Positions 57,631 to 64,000 of a stretch of 64,000 bases of DNA are shown piece after piece; the first letter of the stretch is position 1, and each line of letters opens with the position of its first letter. The stretch lies in NCBI RefSeq assembly GCF_009914755.1, contig NC_060943.1; one strand, written 5' to 3'. The notes below the pieces were generated by a model. It saw nothing but the letters and a program-made list of their open reading frames with translations. It was not told the DNA's origin and made no database searches. Origin of the DNA: the human T2T-CHM13v2.0 reference genome, Homo sapiens. The translations under genes and the position numbers were made by a program.

Positions 57631-59317
57631 CCTAGAAAGTGTCTAGTACATGGAAAGCATGTGAAAACATGTATCTGTCACTCTTAGAGTAATACCAACT
57701 CATGCAGTGGGCAAGAAACACCCAACCCCACAAGGCGGTACAGGGATAAATTACTTCCAGATAATTCCCTCTAGCTACAGGGATTCTCCCACGGGCATCG
57801 CTGGTCTCCAGCATTAGCCTCTGCTTGGATCTGGCATCAGGAAAGGAGACTGCTACCTCTCCAGGTGGGCCACTGCGCAGTGGGCTAGCTCTTTCTTCAG
57901 AACCCTGCTTGGAATCAGTCCCCAAATGAGCCTGCTTTCCTGGAACCCCGCTGTGGTCCTGAATCTGCATAGAGCGGTGCAAGTCTGCCCTCTCCCTTCA
58001 GAAGCTGAGGACAGCAATGGGGCCTGGCAGGGTCTTACATTCGGGGGTCCAAAGTGGTTTCTAAGGGCACATGGGATTTCCTAGGAAAAGCTCCTGCCAT
58101 GACAGAAGGAGCTGGCAACTGCCTCTGTGGAGCCCCTAGAGAGGAACTTGAGGGAAAGGAGGAAAGTCCTATAGGACCCCCTTCTTCCCTTTGCCCCCAG
58201 CAGGAGACCTTAGAAAACAAGGGCTTGATAGATGAGCCACAGTGAGCCAGGGGGTGGGAGTGACTCCTGGGCCATAGACGAGGAAACTGAAAGGCAGGCA
58301 CTGGAGGCAAGAAGGGCTGGCCCCGGGCACCCGCTGGCGAGGACAGCCTTGGAGAGGGCCTGCAGCTCCTCCCCTCTGAGCTGTGCTGCGCTGGCCGCCT
58401 GGACCAGGGTGGCTGCTGGAGAGTGTTTTCCCTCTGGGTTTCCTTCTCCTTGGCTCCCAGGGAATCCTCTGGCGGTGCCTCCGGGAGGCTGGTAGCCGGG
58501 GAAGCAGGCACGTGAATCCACCGGGCTGCCCCACCCCAACCTGAGGTCAGAGCTGAGGCGTAGGGGCCGGGGTAGGGGCAGAGGTGCCGAAACGCACTAG
58601 CTGGGGACTCCCGGGGGAAGGAGATAGGAGAGACCCAAGGCGAGCCTTAGGACTCGCCCCTATGACTATGACTACGCGCTGCGTCCGAACCACATGTCCA
58701 CCCCGCATTTGCCTTCGGGGACCAGACCGCGCTCCCTCAGATGGCTGGGGAGGGAGCAGACTCCGGGTGAAGGCTGGGGGAGGTACCGGGATGCCGAGTA
58801 CGCCAGAGCAGGCGGGGGATGGGTTCCGGCTTCCTGCCGCCTCGGCATCTCGCTTTGCACCGGGCAAAGAAGGGGCCACGACCGGCGAAGAGCGCGTGGA
58901 GACACAGGGACCCGCGATCCAGGGGCAGGAACCCCGCCCCCTCCCGGAAACCTCCCGGGCCCTGAGTCGTGCCCGGCGCTCCCCACCCCACCCCACCCCC
59001 GCCGCCCCTGCCGTCACTCACGGCCGCTGCGGGCTGGCTAGCGTGTGCGCTCTCCGCGCCGCAGGCACCTGCTCGCTGGGCGCTGTGCGCTCACTTCTCC
59101 CTCGCGCACTGCAGACTCCCGGCGCTGCCGCCGCCACCCAGCGTAGTCTCCGGCTGGGCACAGCGTTCCGCCCTTCTCGCGGCCCCGGGCGCCCACCCAT
59201 CCGTCATGGCCCAGGCCTGGGCCAAACAGCGGGGCAGCTGGTTGCCCAAACTGGGGTAAGGAGTTGAGGGCTGGGAGCTGCAGAGAGGACCGAGGGACAC
59301 ACGGGGAGCAGGGATGA

Positions 59318-60403
<1,086 letters not shown>

Positions 60404-60516
60404 TAGGGAGAGGCGAGCGGCGAAGGGTCGCCGCAGCAGCAGCGCCGCGCCCGAGTCGTTCCCAGTCCCGCCGGGGCCCCGGCTGCGGAAAGGATGCCTG
60501 CGGGGAGCGGGAGTAG

Positions 60517-61053
<537 letters not shown>

Positions 61054-62030
61054 TAACCCAGGGAGGGAAGCAGCGGGCTTCACTCGCGCAGGGCGCCGCC
61101 CTGTGGCGCAGCCCATCTTCCACCTTCGCATCCCAAAGCATCTTCAAAGTCAGCAGTGGTTACCCCCAAACCTGTCAATTATTTTGACAGCATCGCTGTT
61201 CCCACCACCTCCCAGAACTCCATTCACGCCCAGCCCCTAAAGAGCCACACCTCAGCCTGGTCGCTTGCTCGTGCTCGCTGGCTGCGGCCCTCTGATGGGT
61301 GCTGGGTAGTGAAGGAAGCCCCCTTGGTCCCATCAGGCTCTCCCCGCCCTCTGCCACTTTGAGGACCCCAGGGCTCCCACGGCTGCGTTCCAGAGGCCAC
61401 CAGAAAACCGAGTACCGGAAAGCCGGCAGGACCTCCAGCCCTCAGGGGCACAGAGGGGCCACTTCTCTGTGGCCGAAAACAGGCCCACGCTGCCTGTCTG
61501 CCTCAAAACCCACACTCTCTTACACACTCTAGTGTGCTCGCGTGCACACACACCTACACACACACCTACACCTACACACACCTACATTCTCCCAGGGTCC
61601 CACCCAGAGTTACTCCCACTGAGCCTCCCGCTGGGTGCTGTCCAGACACAGCGGCCCTCCCTCCAGTTCTTCACGGCTCCCAGTGAGCTGGGGGAGGATT
61701 TTGAGCCACGCGGCAGGGCCTAAGGATGCCCAGAGGGAAGGAGAGGGGCTTTCCTTCCCACCCTGGTGTCCATCCAGTCTCCCCAGTTCAGCCGGCAGGT
61801 GTGCACCAGGGCAGCCACCCGTTGGTCAGGCACCATGCTAGCTCCAAAGCCCGCTTCCTCCTGGGAAACTCTTGGAAAGCCGGACGTCCTTTGTGCCCTC
61901 AACCCCCATCCCCCGGGCGGTTTCGGTCCTAGCCTGCCGGAGGAGGGTGCCCTTGCCTAAAGGCGGATCCGAGTTCCCCTAGCCAGAAGGCCGCGAGCCT
62001 CACGTCTCTCTCTCCCTCTTTGCATTTTAG

Positions 62031-62060
62031 GTAACAAATAAGGATGCAACTAAAATCAGC
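62031..62060 (+). CDS. VSTM2B: VSTM2B coding exon 3, 30-nt phase 0-0 microexon (VTNKDATKIS)
   Basis: Acceptor ctctctccctctttgcattttag|, donor AGC|gtaagt; frame preserved between exons 2 and 4; matches the recalled protein; not in the ORF track. Confidence 0.9.
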
Positions 62061-63371
62061 GTAAGTGTGGAGCCCAGCGCGGGCCGCGGGAGACCCCTTC
62101 TGGCCGCCTCGGGTCCCGCAGCTCCCTCCCTTAGCAAGCCGCGGCGGCCGCGCATGTGGGGCCGCGCAAGTAGGGCAGCGATCGCAGCCTTGCATCGGTG
62201 GCTGCTCGGCGTGTCCGGGCGCCATCTGTCGCCGGTTGCAGGGTCGGGTTCTCTTTTGTGTAAATCAAGGGTCCAAGGCTTGAGTCCCCTAATTCGGCTC
62301 GGCGCTGACCTGTAAAACTCCCCTTGGTCGGACTGCGCGCTTAGGGCCTCTCGCGCCTGCCAGCCTCCGCTCTGCGGGCATTCCTCCTAGCACCGGGAGC
62401 GCGCGGCTGCTCGCCCTCGCCGCGACCGTGGCGCCAGCTTCCCGCCCCCTCTGCCCCGCCCTGAGCATCTGCTCTGCGCCCTCCGCTGCAACCCTTTATC
62501 CTCCGCCTGGATTGCGGGTCTGGGTGCGGGGTGTTGCAGGCTTGCAGGGGACGGGGTAGGGGGTGGTTGTGCCAGGCTGCGAGGGGCCCGGGTCATGGGG
62601 TTGCTAACTCTGGGAGGAGATGCGCCCAAGCTTCCCACCTGGAGCGTAGAAAGGCCTGGAGATGACGAAGCCTCCTCGTGGGCTCGGTTCAGAGGTGAGG
62701 GCTCCCTGGGTGTTTGTTGAGAGCCGTAGAGCAGTACTTCCCGAAGTCCCCACCGGGGCGCAGGGGAGGAGCACTTCGCTGGGGGGCTTCTGGAGATCCC
62801 GCGGAAAGGCGGGTTGGTAGCAGGTGGCCAGGGAGCCAGGCAGCAGCCTCAGCGTTGCTTGCCTTCTTAAGAAAGCACAGTGTTAGCTGTAAAGGGCGGG
62901 GTCCGGTGACAGGGTGGCTTTCCTTAGGAAGCGATTCGGGCAGGCCCTCCGTGCTCCGGGAGGTGAGGAGGGCCGGCTGGGGCGGGACTGTCGGTTGGAG
63001 CGCGTCGGGGCGGGAAAGACGTGGGGAAGTTAAGGAACAAGGAATCCAGCCTGGGGTTTCCTGAAGGTGCAGGAGGGAGGAAGGAGAGGTGGACTCTGCC
63101 CTTCTGAAGCGCCAGCTACGGGAAGACAAGCAGTGTTGGTTTGTATGGGCGGGGCAGATGCAAGGTGGGCGTTTGGTTAACGTGATGGGGACGTGGGGAC
63201 ACAGTCCAAAGAGCTGGCTGCCTGGCGTCCACGCAGAGTTGGAAGCCCTATGCCACTGGGTAGACGCGGGTGAAAGGGAAGCCGGATCGTGATGGTGGGC
63301 AAACCAGGATCCGGGAAGTGTTGGGGTGCGCGGATGAGGGGGCGCGACGGCCAGGGTGGCCAGAAGAGTAG

Positions 63372-63935
<564 letters not shown>

Positions 63936-64000
63936 TAGGGCTGCGCCGGGACGCCCCGGGGGGCTCCGGACCCAGGACCCGCCCCCTGGGCGCATTTGCA

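Overview
This is primate, most likely human, genomic DNA and not microbial. The 3' end holds a large CpG island and coding exons 1-4 of VSTM2B (+ strand; signal peptide, Ig V-set domain, Ala/Pro/Ser/Thr stalk). The last exon lies beyond the window. From recall, this is chr19q12 and the upstream ~59 kb lies within the divergent lncRNA VSTM2B-DT (LOC284395). Its exons cannot be fixed from sequence alone. The upstream part consists of nested old L1s (1-8.3 kb), an LTR cluster (10.3-18.2 kb), about a dozen Alus, MIR/L2/hAT relics, microsatellites and two long purine-rich arrays (27.4-28.4 kb and 45.2-48.4 kb). Almost all listed ORFs are spurious. I found no new gene system. The best second-look items are: (1) a 30-nt in-frame VSTM2B microexon whose 5' end regenerates a splice donor; (2) an array with about a dozen PRDM9-type 13-mers; (3) an apparent short templated insertion copied from 3.9 kb away; (4) a six-monomer Alu with ABAB structure; (5) a one-LTR MaLR that seems to retain a target-site duplication. 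Repeat subfamily names come from memory of consensus sequences, and repeat boundaries are approximate unless a TSD is quoted.
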